Source: Octopus vulgaris
Taxonomy: Eukaryota
Length of the DNA stretch: 64,000 bases
Direction: 5' to 3'
Assembly: GCA_951406725.2 (NCBI GenBank)
Contig: OX597821.1
Span: forward strand, 109,368,001-109,432,000
Shown here piece by piece: positions 41,770 through 56,123 of the stretch (position 1 is its first letter; each line of letters starts with the position of its first letter). Under the pieces are notes generated by a model. The model searched no databases. It saw only the letters and a list, made by a program, of their open reading frames with translations, and had not been told where the DNA came from. A program made the position numbers and the translations under genes.

Positions 41770-43159
41770 ACTCTTTTACTCTTTTACTTGTTTCAGCCAT
41801 CCGGCTGAGGCCATGCTGGGGCACCGCCCTTGTTGCTACCCTCTCTAAGTCCAGTTTGCCGTGGCTGGCCACTGATCTAGAGAGAGTTTGTAGCTGCTGC
41901 CCTTAGGTTACCTTCGTACCTTGCAGTGGGTTCATCTGGGATCCCGGAAAGCAGCTTGTCTAGATGTTTTTTGAAAATGTCCACATCCGCATCATGTAGA
42001 TCTCTTAGTTTTCTTGGCAGTTTGTTGAAAAGCTGAGGGCCCCTGAACCCCAGGCTATTACAGTATCTGCTCCTTACCCTGGATGTGGAAGACGGGACCT
42101 TTGGCACCACACAGTGACGTCCTGTACGGGGATTGGAACAGCTCTCAATTCCAAAATTTGGTGCTAGTCCCTCCAGGATTTTCCATATGTATATCACTGC
42201 ATATCTCTCTCGTCTTCGTTCCAAGGAGTACAAATTGAGTTCCCTAAGCCTCTCCCAATAGTTCTTTTCTTTCATGGTGGAAATCCTCTTGGTGAAATGT
42301 CTTTGGATTGTCTCAAGCTCTGTGGTTAGTTTGACACTATGCGGTGACCACAGTTGGGAGCAGTAGTCCAGGCGGCTTAGGACAAATGTCCTCCATAGTG
42401 TCAACATGGTCTCGCAGTCTCTTGTCCGGAATGTCCTCAGGATCCAGCCAGTGAGTCGTCTGCACATTGTCGCCACCTTCGCGATGTGTGAAGAAAAAGA
42501 TGCATCGTCACTCATGTCTATCCCCAGGTCCCGTATTGATTTCGATACTGGGATTTCGATCCCTCCTGGACCAGTATAGTTGTGTTGTAATGTATATGTG
42601 TTTACAGCTTGATATTGTAAGGCTTGAAATTTACCAGCATTAAATTGCATGTTGTTGTCTTCAGCCCATTTGTATATGGCATCCAGATCTTGTTGTAAAA
42701 GGTCAGCATCAGCTGGGTTTTTGATTGCCTGTGCTACCTTTGTGTCATCAGCATAGCTAGTGAGGGATGTTGTTTGTGCTACCAAGGGCATGTCAGAGAG
42801 CGCCACCAAAAACAGCAAGGGTCCCAAGACTGTGCCCTGTGGCACCCCGCTTGCTATTGGTGTCTTTCCCGAGAGGGCTCCATTGGCTGCAACCATCTGG
42901 CTTCTGTCCTTCAGGAAGTCATGTATCCACTCACCTACTTTTCCTGTTATGCCGAGTCTGAGTAATTTGTGACATATCACTCCGTGGTCGACTTTGTCAA
43001 AGGCCTTCGCAAAGTCGAGATATACCACATCCACCTGTGAGCGATCCAGTAGTTGTTTCAGTACCCAGTCGTAGTGTTGTAACAGCTGCGTAAGGCAGCT
43101 TCTTCCTGGGCGAAAGCCATGCTGTGTGTCAGTGAGACGGTTAGTTTCTTCGAGGAACG

Positions 43160-43162
<3 letters not shown>
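41770..43162 (-). mobile_element. 5'-truncated CR1/L2-group non-LTR retrotransposon
   Basis: Uninterrupted RT frame, 3' UTR with stem-loop and (GTAAAAGA)n tail, bounded by (TA)n. Confidence 0.92.
41877..43160 (-). CDS. Reverse transcriptase (LINE ORF2, partial, no start codon)
   Basis: QHGFRPGRSC...YLDFAKAFDKVDH...GVPQGTVLGPLLF...YADD...DLG...LYSLERRR. The frame is open ~40 codons upstream of the annotated 43034. Confidence 0.93.
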
Positions 43163-43219
<57 letters not shown>

Positions 43220-43306
43220 ATATATACCGGAGTAAGCACATTCATGTGTAACAAGGTGGAAAAAAAGAGTACTAAAGTACCAGAGGTAGAGTAATATGCT
43301 TTATTT

Positions 43307-43354
43307 AAAAGCTTTCCGACGAACGGGAACGTGAAACTCCGAGTAACAGCTTTT
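43307..43354 (+). ncRNA. Minimal type I hammerhead ribozyme (U4C core) in a (TA)n-embedded fold-back element (~43226-43383)
   Basis: AAAAGCTTT-CCGACGA-ACG(GGAA)CGT-GAAA-CTCCGAG-TA^ACAGCTTTT. Stem I 8/9 bp, GNRA-capped stem II, GUA site. Confidence 0.65.
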
Positions 43355-43390
43355 GTTATATTTTTGCTGCTTTTAAATAAAGTGTGTATG

Positions 43391-43448
<58 letters not shown>

Positions 43449-43483
43449 TAGATAGATATATAAATATATATAGTATATATAGT

Positions 43484-43549
<66 letters not shown>

Positions 43550-44128
43550 TGTGTGTATTTATATATGTATGTATGTATGTGTGTATAAATAGCCTAGACG
43601 TGTAAAACGAGATTCGTATCGAAAAAAATTCAGTATAAATTTTTTTTTTAAATTCACAATAATGACAACAACAAGAGCAACAACAACAACGGCGTCACCA
43701 TCATCAACAGTACAAATCTAGAAGGTTATTTAATCTAAAAGCAGATGTTTGTATTGAGGCTAAGAAATAGACCATTTTTCCGTGTTATGTGCACACGTGT
43801 CCCAATCAGGTGCGCCACCTATATTCAAAGAATAATAATAAAATACAAAGGGGTGTGACAGACTAACGTAAGGGCAATCCATGGGACACAAATATTCACA
43901 AGCAAACACACACACGCACGCACACACACACACACACGTAGAGCAAGCATACGCATAAACGCAATAACACAGACACAAACACCCACACACCGAGCATACA
44001 CACACACGTGCATCAGAAACCAGTATTTATGAAAATGCGAAGTAGGTTACAAAACAGTGCGTATATATTTCATATACATATGTACACACACACATATATA
44101 AATATATGTATATATACATATATCTATT

Positions 44129-44230
<102 letters not shown>

Positions 44231-44252
44231 TATATACATCTATATATATATG

Positions 44253-44289
<37 letters not shown>

Positions 44290-44560
44290 ATACATGTATA
44301 TATTTATATATATTTGTATATATATATACATATATATATACATATATGTATATATGTATATATATATGTATATAATATATGTATGTGTATATATATATTA
44401 TATAATATATACATATATATACATAATATATGTATGCGTATATATATAGACATGCATATATTATATACATATATACATCTATATATATGTGTATATATAT
44501 ATACATGTATATATATATATACATACATGTATATATTTATATATATTTGTATATATATAC

Positions 44561-44639
<79 letters not shown>

Positions 44640-46071
44640 CGCACATATGTATGTGCATATGTATGTATGTATATATGTGTGTGCGTGTGTGTGTGTGTGT
44701 GTCTGTCTGTATGTGTGTACGTTTAGCAACAAAGTCGACATGGTCCACAGGGTGTGCTCCTGAATACGTAAGAACTTTCGGTCATGACACATTCTTCCCA
44801 TTGTCGTTGTCTTCTGCACCTTAGCCCGACCTCACCTTAATTACATAAAAGTCTGTTGTCGTATCGCTACACAAAAGCAACATATAAGATGTTGCACCCA
44901 ACCATCGATCACAATGATAATAGACATGACAAATCTTGATTATATTGGGATCGTCTCGAGCCGAAACTCAAACCTTAACACTCCAGCGCCACCGTGAGCG
45001 CTATACTTTTCGGATAATTTTAAAATATTCCAACAGCTTTGCCAAACTTTAAATTTCACCCAAGGCGTGTTTTTCCGTGCAATCTGTCGTCTACAAAAGG
45101 CATGACCGTGTCACATTATAACTATTTCACCTCAACTGGCCCTGTCCCCTGTATCATTATACGGAGACGCACAAGTGAAGTAAAAGATGTCAAAACATTT
45201 AAATAGTTCCGGGTCAAATATTGCCAACAGATTCCGGATAAAGTAAGTAAACCCAAACATGTCTCTGCAAGCTCTTTACTCGAATAGGCTTTGGCGCCCA
45301 AAGTATGACTGTTATACGAAACATCATTTTTGCCACCTAAGTGTACTGGGACAATTGAAATGAAAGGCTTTGCTCAAGAATACAAAGCGTTCCGATCTAG
45401 GAATCGAAACCATAATCTTACGATTATGACTCCAATACACTAACACCTAAGCCAAAATTTTAAACCAATATAGGTCTCTAATTTAGGCCCAAAGTCAACA
45501 GTTTAATCCACCCTATTATTTCGCTGATACTTTACTTCAGTCACGGAAGACCTGCAGCTCTCAAGACCTTCCAAAATAGCATGTCTAACGAAAATTACCT
45601 TGAACTTTTTAGCAGGGCCACCCGCCTGATAGTCATGTCTTATGCGACTCGCTTTTCCAAAAATGTAGCCCGTGCCTGCTTTACTTTACTGACTCTGAAC
45701 CGATAAAAGTGAAAGTAGACCTTGGTAAAATTTCACCCCCTGAATAAAACAATAGGGGCAAAGCCTTTTCCCCGGCAGGTGTGCCAGCCCAATACTCTTA
45801 AAGTGATATGATAATAATCCTTTCCGTCACTGGTACAAGGCCTGAAATTTTGCAGAATGGGGCTGACCGATTACATTGCCCCCTCCCCCCAGTGTTCTAC
45901 CCCCAAAAGTAAATTTGGCCTCGACGGAATTTGAATTCGAAATGTAAAAGTAGAAGAAATATCGCGAGCGACCAATTGTCATTGAAATTTCATCATGCGG
46001 CATGTGATACAAACATACATACATACATACATACATACATACATACATACATACATACATACATACATACA

Positions 46072-46445
46072 TAGGCGCAGGCGTGGCTGTGAGGCAAAAA
46101 GCTTCCTTACCCACCGCATGATTCCTGTTTCAGTCTCACTGCGTGGCACCTTGGGCAAGTGTCTTCTACTATAGCTTCGGGTCGACCAAAGCTTTGTGGA
46201 TTTGGTAGACGGAAACTGAAAGAAACCCGTCGTTTATATGCATATATGCATATATTTGTGTGAGTGTGTCTGTGTATGTCCCACCGCCAACGCTTGACAA
46301 GCGATGCTGCTGTGTTTATGTCCACGTAATCTAGCAGGTCGGCAAAAGAGAAAGGATAGAATAAGGACAGGCATCGATTAATTCGATTAAAATTCTTCAA
46401 GATGGTGCCCCAGCTTGGCCACAGTCTAAGGTCTGAAACAACAAT
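46072..46445 (+). mobile_element. SINE family A
   Basis: Full head and tail. Confidence 0.85.
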
Positions 46446-46451
46446 GCGAAC

Positions 46452-46504
<53 letters not shown>

Positions 46505-46506
<2 letters not shown>

Positions 46507-47010
46507 GGCCTGGTGCAGTACCAGGCAGTAGCTCTCGTGGCTTCTAATCTTAAATGATTGGAAGTGATATCATGTACATTGTTTTGTCTTTGTATAACAG
46601 ATGGGCTACAGCAAATATTCTGCTCTATACCACAGATTTGCTTGTCAGTTGCTTGACCTTAACCAGTTGAGCATGTCCCTTAGTGGCTGACGATATGTGC
46701 ATCTCTGATCACGAGCAGAAGTAGTGGAGAGTATTATAGCCATGTGTTGGGAGGATTCTTTTGGGTTTTGAATAATTCAGGGACCTTTTGTGCGGGATGG
46801 GCTACTCGACCAGAAGAAAATTCTAATTAGGCCCCACCTGTAAGCTCATGTGCTGTTTATCCCGATATGAGATCACCATGTCGAGCACATGTGGTTGTGA
46901 TGCATGTGCCTAGTGTACCCTTATCAGACGGGTAGTCATAATGGGTATACTGGGCTTCGCATATTTTACCCCAGTGTCACTTTGATGGCATGGACTGCTC
47001 TCTCACTCAA
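46505..47010 (+). mobile_element. (TAA)n-embedded non-coding repeat, copy 2
   Basis: Colinear with 30120-30680. Confidence 0.85.
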
Positions 47011-47021
47011 TAATGATGATG

Positions 47022-47941
<920 letters not shown>

Positions 47942-47969
47942 GCAACAACTACAACAACAACAATAATAA

Positions 47970-48355
47970 TACTCTTACTCTTTTACTTGTTTCAGCCATT
48001 TAACTGTGGCCATGCTGAAGCACCGCCTTTAATCAAGCAACTCGACCCCGGGACTTATCCTTTGTAAGCCCAGTGCTTATTCTATCGCCCTCTTTGGCCG
48101 AACCGCTAGGTGACGGGGACATAAACACACCAGCATCGGTTTTCAAGTGATGTTGGATGGGACAAACACAAACATACACGCACACACATATATATATACA
48201 TATATACGACGGGCTTCTTTCAGTTTCCGTCTACCAAATCCACTCACAAGGCTTTAGTAGAAGACACTTGCCCAAGGTGCACACACAATGGGACTGAACT
48301 CGGAACCATGTGGTTTGTAAACAAGCTACTTACCACACAGCCACTCCTGCGCCTA
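47970..48355 (-). mobile_element. SINE family A
   Basis: Full head and tail. Confidence 0.85.
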
Positions 48356-48699
48356 TAAGTTTCAAATTTTGGCACAAGACCAGCAATTTCGGGGGAGGGG
48401 TTAAGTCAATTACATTGACCCCAGTGTTCAACTGGTACTTATTTCATTGACCCCTGAAAGGATAAAAAGCAAAGTCGAACTCTGCGGAATTTGAACTCAA
48501 ACCCTTGAAGACGGAAGAAGAATATTAGCGACGACAACGACAATAACACGAATGACAACATCATTATCATAGTCAGCTGTATCAGCAATAGAGACCAACC
48601 ATTATTGGGAAACTTTATAAACAAAGTTTTGGTGGGGTTGAAAAAAAATAACAACAATATACGTGTGTGAGTGTGTGAGTGAGTGACTGTGTGTGAGTG

Positions 48700-48742
<43 letters not shown>

Positions 48743-49609
48743 CTGTGTGTGTGTGTGTGTGTACGTACACACACACACACACATATATATAAACTAATAA
48801 TATTAATAATAGAACACAAGTACACTGTAAAGTCATCTCGAAACAAGAAATAGAAGCAGCTAACGACAACTGGAAGAAGAAGAAGAACAAGAATAAGAAA
48901 TGGGAAGAACAGGCGAAGGGGGAATGGTAGGAGCAAATGGCAAAGGGAAATTTGTATCCACTTCCACTCCCCCCCTCCGCCTCCTCCTCCTCACCGCCAC
49001 TCACCCCCCGCCCCTCCCCAAGAACGGTGGTTTGACCACTGATGTTTCTGATAAGTACTCACAGGTGCTGGACAGTCAGGACGGCGCCGGTCTAGCCACC
49101 TCTCACCCTCTCTTCTCGTCTGTGAAGCTCTCCCCTCTCTCCCACTCTCTCTCTCTCTCTCTCTCTCTCTTATCATGTAACACCTTGTCACTGCCTCGCT
49201 CCTTCTTCCTCCCTCTCACCTATACAATCTACCTCTCTTAACTCTCTCTCTCTCTCTCATCCTTCCTCTTTCCTTTTTTTCGTTTTTCTTCTTTTCTCTC
49301 GTCTGCCTGATCGTTTTACTAGGCCTCCTTCTTTCAGGACCACTTGTTACGTTTCCCTACCCCGAACTCATCACCACCCGTTCCTTTTCACACACACACA
49401 CACACACACAAACACAAACGCACACATTCACACGCGTATCATGCGCAGATATGCTCTCTCTCTCTCTCTCTTTCTCTCTCTCACTCTCTCCCTCTCTACG
49501 TCTCTACATCTCGCTCTCTCTCTCTCTCTCTCACTTTCACGCTTTGTATATTTTTCTCTCTCTTTTGTCACAATCCCAGTTTATCTTTCTGGCATTACAT
49601 TTCAACACA

Positions 49610-49660
<51 letters not shown>

Positions 49661-50299
49661 CCTCTCTGACTATTAACCTCTTTCTCTTCCACTCTCTCTT
49701 TCTTTCTATCTATCTATCACTTTTTCTTTCATACTCGCTCTATCTTACTCTCTCCCTCCCTCTCCCTCTCTCTCTCTCTCTCACGCACATAGCTTGCTCT
49801 ATAACATTGTGCTGTCATTCTTTATCTTTCACTCTTATACACTCTCTCTCTCTCTCACTTCATCTGTCTACACAGCTCTCTTCACACACACTCACACATT
49901 CACACACATTCACACACACACACTCACACACACACGCGCGCGGCTACAAACATACCTTTGCACACTTCTACATACCAACACTAACTGCGAAGAGTCTAAG
50001 TAATCGACAGACCTGCTAAACGTAGCAGTCAAAACATGCAGTGAAATAAAATCAACTGTCTTAAATAAAGTTCACAGTCGGAAATGTCTTCGATAAATAG
50101 TAAAAGACGGGGTGGTCACAGATGGAGCATATATGATAATAGGTCTATTCAACCAGGACTGAACCAGAACTCAACAACAACATGTGCATACACACTCGTA
50201 CGTGATTGTATGTATGTGTATAGGTATGTGTGTGTATGTATATGCAGGTGTGTGTGTATATGTATCTGTGTGTATATGCATGTGCGTATATATGTATGT

Positions 50300-50530
50300 A
50301 TACTCTTTTACTCTTTTACTCTTTTACTTGTTTCAGTCATTTGACTGCGGCCATGCTGGAGCACCGCCTTTAGTCGAGCAAAATCGACCCCGGGACTTAT
50401 TCTTTGTAAGCCCAGTACTTATTCTATCGATCACTTTTTGCCGAACCGCTAAGTGACGGGGACGTAAACACAACAGCATCGGTTGTCAAGCAATGCTAGG
50501 GGGACAAACACAAACACACAAACATACATG

Positions 50531-50574
<44 letters not shown>

Positions 50575-50740
50575 TACGACAGGCTTCTTTCAGTTTCCGT
50601 CTCCCAAATCCACTCACAAGGCATTGGTCGGCCCGGGGCTATAGCAGAAGACACTTGCCTAAGATGCCACGCAGTGGGACTGAACCCGGAACCATGAGGC
50701 TGGTAAGCAAGCTACTTACCACACAGCCACTCCTGCGCCT
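50300..50740 (-). mobile_element. SINE family A, near consensus
   Basis: Full head, (TA)n/(CA)n linker, tail with (GTAAAAGA)3. Confidence 0.9.
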
Positions 50741-50807
50741 ATGTATGTAGGTATTATGTATGTATGTTCATATGTATGTATGTCTTTATATGTCTGTATG
50801 TATGTAC

Positions 50808-51086
50808 GTCATTATTCAGTTTTATTTCAATATTTCTTGCCAATAGAGAAAGAGCCGGTTTCTAACCTAGATCCAAGGTTCCCTCATTGGAATTTCAACA
50901 TCAACAACAGGGTATGCATCTATGCATGCATGCATGTATGTATGTATGTTTTTATATTGTCTGTCTGTATGTATGAATGTACGTCATTATTCAGTTATAT
51001 TTCAAGATTTCTTGCCAATAGAGAAAGGACTGGTTTGTAGCCTAGATCAAAGGACCCTTCATTGGAATTTCAGCATCAACAGGGTA
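50808..51086 (+). repeat. Two diverged ~105-bp direct repeats in (TATG)n
   Basis: CGTCATTATTCAGTT...TTCTTGCCAATAGAGAAAG...CATTGGAATTTCA...CAACAGGGTAT at ~50808 and ~50982. Confidence 0.8.
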
Positions 51087-52084
51087 TTTTGTATGTATGT
51101 ATGTATGTATGTATGTATGTATGTATGTATGTATGTATGTATGTATGTACGTGCGTACGTATGTATGTATGTATGTAAGTATATGTGCAGATTTCTATAT
51201 TTTGTTTTATGTATATATTCTCATACATATAGTTGCATATCTAGACATGCTCGTATATACATAAATGATAAACTTCTAGAAGCGATGTTGGGGGACAAAC
51301 ACAGACACGTAAATTCCACTGGGGTCGACATTGTCTTTTATCCTTTCAGGGTCGATAAATTAAGTACCAGCATCGGTTGTCAAGCAATACTAGGGGGACA
51401 AACACAGACACACAAACACACATACATATATATATACATATATACGACAGGCTTCTTTCAGTTTCCGTCTCCCAAATCCACTCACAAGGCTTTGGTCGGC
51501 CCGAGGCTATAGTAGAAGACATTTGCCCAAGGTGCCACGCAGTGGGACTGAACCCGGAACCATGTGGTTGGTTAGCAAGCTACTTACCACACAGCCACTC
51601 CTGCGCCTATGTTACGATAGTATATAAGTGAGAAATGTCTTAGTATTATGACGTCATATTTACGTTATCATTTGTTTTTTTATCGCAGAAGAACTTCCGT
51701 TTCCTTGCGTAAAAGTTTTTAAATTAAACTTTCATTACAGTAAGGTAACAAGCGGTTTGTCGAACAAATGTTAGGTTGTATCAAATAAGAACATCACCCA
51801 TTGGCGTCAACTTCAGGACATCAAACACTTTCGATACTAACTTACAAACACAAAAATTAATATTTATTTCCGATCATCAACATTTATATTGACTTTCGAT
51901 ACTTGAGGAACCGATATCAATTTTCTAATATTACTTTAGTTTCTCTATAAGTTTGATTTCTGCACATGCTGTTTGGGTGGTTTTAATAGAATCCATATTG
52001 TAATCTTTGGGGTCAGTTTTTCGTTTATAGTATGAAACTTTCTCTTGTTCTTCTTTCTGTCTGAGGCCCCGAACCCGCAAAAAA

Positions 52085-52507
52085 ATGGGTGCAATCCTTA
52101 CCCCTCTTATGATTAGAGAAAGACAAGAAGAGTTAGAGTCATCGGCTCCGAAAGATAAACCTCTGATATCGCCTCCTGAAAATCAATCAGCAAAATCGAA
52201 TACCCCGAATAAACCACCAATATTGACAGTTACTAATCAAACATTGATATCAATTCTCGGATATCAACCCATATCAAATCTAGAAAATCAAACCTCACTA
52301 TCGATCTTTCAACATCAACCAATAATAGAAGCGTTTAAACAACTACGACCATCAATGTTAGCGAACATTCAAAATCATCCTTTGATAGAGACTTTCCAAA
52401 ATCAACCAATCACATCCTACTTTGGATATGAAGCCCTGAAATCGCCACGTGAAAAGTCAACCTCTAATATCTACCGTTCAGCATCAACCGCCGATATCAT
52501 AACATGA
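52085..52507 (+). CDS. Candidate orphan protein, 140 aa, with degenerate ~9-aa repeats
   Basis: Non-microsatellite ORF, AAAAATGG start context, periodic [N/H/Y]Q[P/T]xI motifs, AATAAA at 52625. No family recognised. Confidence 0.4.
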   Translation: MGAILTPLMIRERQEELESSAPKDKPLISPPENQSAKSNTPNKPPILTVTNQTLISILGYQPISNLENQTSLSIFQHQPIIEAFKQLRPSMLANIQNHPLIETFQNQPITSYFGYEALKSPREKSTSNIYRSASTADIIT

Positions 52508-53059
52508 ACAACATCCAAATCGATATCTTCAGTGTGGGAAGACACACAAAAGACGTAAACGCCAGGTATCGACTGCAACCGAAAACTTAGTAAAGAAAAA
52601 GAAAAAAAAAAATGAAAGATGAGGAATAAACGTGTCTCTAATTTGGGTTAGAAGTTGTTGGTGAGAATTCTTAAAGACAAAATGGACCTCTGTCCCATGG
52701 TTTGAAACACCTTGTCATTGCAAAATTCCAATCATAAAATTTGTATTTCGTATATTAAATGTACCCAAAGAAATACAATAGCATATAGGTGACCCGACAT
52801 TGTTCATAAAGAATGGATTTCGAAGTGATTTTGTGACTTGTTAATCTATAGGCGTAGCTGTGTGGTAAGAAGCTTGCTTCACAACCACAAGGTTCCGGGT
52901 TCAGTTCCACTGCTTGGCGCCTTGGGCAAATGTTTTCTATAGCCTCGGGTTGACTAAAATTTAAGATCATGCTTGCATCATTATCATTCATCCCATTAAT
53001 GTCTGTGTTCAGCCCGCAAGCTTCTCTCTGTGTGCTGCCCTTGTGGCAAATTAAATGAA

Positions 53060-53445
53060 ATAAAGAAGCTTGCTTCCCAACCACATGGTTCTGAGTTCAG
53101 TCCCACTGCGGGGAACCTTGGGCAAGTATCTTCTACTATAGCCTCGGGCCGACCAAAGCCTTGTGAGCGGATTTGGTAGACGGAAACTGAAAGAAGCTCG
53201 TTTTATATATGTATATATGTATCCATATATGTGTGTGTCTTTGTGTCTGTGTTTGTCCCTTACCACCACTTGACAACCGATGTTAGTGTATTTACGTCCC
53301 CGCACTTGGCGGTTCGGCAAAAGAGACCCATAGAATAAGTATTAAGCTTACAAAAATAAGTCCTGGCGTCGATTTGTTCGATTAAAACTCTTCAAGGCAG
53401 TACTCCAGCATGGCTGCAATTAAATGACCGAAGCAAATAAAAATT
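53060..53445 (+). mobile_element. SINE family A
   Basis: Head and tail present. Confidence 0.85.
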
Positions 53446-53506
53446 AAACGAATATACATACATACATACATACATACATACATACATACATACATACATA
53501 CATACA

Positions 53507-53537
<31 letters not shown>

Positions 53538-53841
53538 GGGATATGTAACACACTGCCTAAATACCAATCTTGAGAAATTAGTCTTCTCAAGACCAGAAAG
53601 GAGAATGCTAGCTAATTCGAAATATATAAATCTAAGTCATCGCTAGATGTGTGAAAACTTGTAAAACTTTCCAGAGGTTTAGCATTTAAGTATGCGCATG
53701 TATGTGTAGCATTAAATTATATATATATATATTGATAGAAATGGTAAGATAAAAGAATGAAAGAGACCTCGATATAACTCGGAGCTTTATCATGGCTACC
53801 GAATAATTGTTACATATTATATTTACAGATATATATATATG

Positions 53842-53926
<85 letters not shown>

Positions 53927-54987
53927 TATTAAAAATAAGGGTGAAAAATTGAATATTAATTTGATTAATATTAATTTAAAACCAGTTGTCTAGCATATTT
54001 AAAAATCTGAAGTTTCAGAAAAAAATATATTACATACATATAAAAGGGATGCGTGCAGCAGGGCCGTATGAGCAATAAGTTCGCTTCACAACCACAAAGT
54101 TCCGGGTTCGATACCATTGCTTGGCACTTTGGGTGTTTTCTATAGCTTAGGATTGACCCATACTTTGTAAGTGACATTAGGTTGATAGAAAATGCATAGA
54201 AGCCTTTTCACGGAATATACCTGTAATTCAGAAGTTACTGCATTGTCACAAGCATTCGGACTGGGAATAGTTACATTAAGGTTACACATGTTTGCGATGT
54301 ACTCAGCCACTTAAACATTGATTCAGGATCAGGTAATTCAGTTTATTAAACAACTGAATCCATCTCTTTTAATGACGGGTGATCACCACCACCACCACCA
54401 TCTCCACCACCACCACCACCAACACGACCACCATCGCCTCCACCATCACATTGTCCAATGTCGCTTCCATTTCTGGAGACTGCAGGTGATTTGAGGGAAC
54501 ATGGCTGTAATTTTTAGCAAGTCAAGCGGCCAGGTCGAGTCACTCTTCTTGAGTCGTGGTGGTGTTGGGTGTTGAGTGGCTGTTTGGCTGATGGATTAAG
54601 GCTTTAGTTGCGTTTATAGATACGGGTATGTTTTAAGGCGACGGGTATTAGACGAGCAACAGAGGAAGTAGGAAGAGGATGAGGGTGGAGAAGAAAAGCA
54701 GTGACGGTGGTGATAGCAGCGTTGGCAGAGGTTGTGGTGGTCGTCGTTGGGGTGGTGGGTGGTTTCACACAGAGTTAATGAAGGTGAAAATCCTCGCTGG
54801 AGCCAGGCGGATTACAACGTCTGACATTATAACCAGCGGTCACCTGTTGTCGACGCGACGATGTCCAGCAGAACTAGAAACGACCTTGCCTTCCCTTCCC
54901 TCCATCTCCACCCCAACCGCTCCTCCAACACCACCTCCGTAAGATACACACACTCACCTCTGGCTCTACCGGACTAATAATGATAAT

Positions 54988-55038
<51 letters not shown>

Positions 55039-55062
55039 AATAATAATAATAATAATAATAAT

Positions 55063-55497
55063 TAGAAATTAAGGCCAACAGACCAGATATAGTTGTCAGA
55101 GATCATGAAGGAAAAAAAATGCTTTCTAATTGATGTATCAATTCCGGCAGATGACAACGTGTCTCTAAAAGAAATGGAGAAACTTTCAAAATACGAAGAC
55201 CTGGAAATAGAGGTAACTAGAATGTGGAATCTAAAAACAGAAACAATTCCTATCATAGTAGGTGCATTAGGCATGATAAAAAAATATTCAGACAAATACA
55301 TAACAAAAACACCAGGACTTACAAACACATATAACATACAGAAAATTGCACTACTAGGCACTACACACATCCTACGCAGAACACTTTCCATACAATAACC
55401 ATCAGAGCATCACTACAAATCACAGCACATACCTAAGGCACACAGAGCTGCGCTCGGTAGTGAAGTGAAAGCACGCTATAAAAATAAAACTACTCAA
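55063..55497 (+). mobile_element. R4/Dong-type 3' fragment (RLE domain), nearly intact
   Basis: KANRPDIVVRDHE...CFLIDVSIPADDNVSLKEMEKLSKYEDLEIEVTRMW...IPIIVGALG, flanked by (AAT)n. Confidence 0.9.
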
Positions 55498-56031
55498 TAA
55501 TAATAATAATAATAATAGTTTCAAATTTTTCCACAAGGGCACCAATCTTAAATGATTGGAAAAAGATAGGCGACAGCAAATATTCTGCTCAATACCACAG
55601 ATTTGCTTGTCAGTTGTTTGACCTTAATAGGCGCAGGAGTGGCTGTGTGGTAAGTAGCTTGCTAACCAACCACATGGTTCCGGGTTCAGTCCCACTGCGT
55701 GGCATCTTGGGCAAGTGTCTTCTACTATAGCCTCGGCCGACCAAAGCCTTCTGAGTGGATTTGGGAGACGGAAACTGAAAGAAGACCATCGTATATATGT
55801 GTATATATATATACTAAGTAATTAAGGGTTTAGCAACGAATTGCCTCACCAACACACCGAATTTAGAAATAGCAGTCAAAGAGATATAGCTATTCCTTCT
55901 ACTAAAAGGGGGATCTCAGTAAAAACACAGCACTTGAAAGGCAAACACAGACACAGCACCTGAAAGGCAAACACAGACAGGTAAGAAAGAAAGAATGAAA
56001 TGACGGCAATCCATCATGCAATTTTAAGTTA

Positions 56032-56123
56032 CCTACGGACGTACGTTTCGAGATCAAGTTTTAGGATAGCATAAGAATTAGAAAATTCTACTTTACCCAA
56101 ACTTCTTCTCTCATCGGCGCAGG
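56032..56123 (-). ncRNA. Type I hammerhead ribozyme, copy 1
   Basis: CCTGCG-CCGATGA-GAGA...TCTC-GAAA-CGTACG-TC^CGTAGG. Confidence 0.8.

Noticed and set aside
54780-54900. GC-rich island with GGAGCC, GTCTG and E-box motifs (similar at 43780-43900)
   Set aside because: Short motifs without canonical spacing cannot be distinguished from chance.
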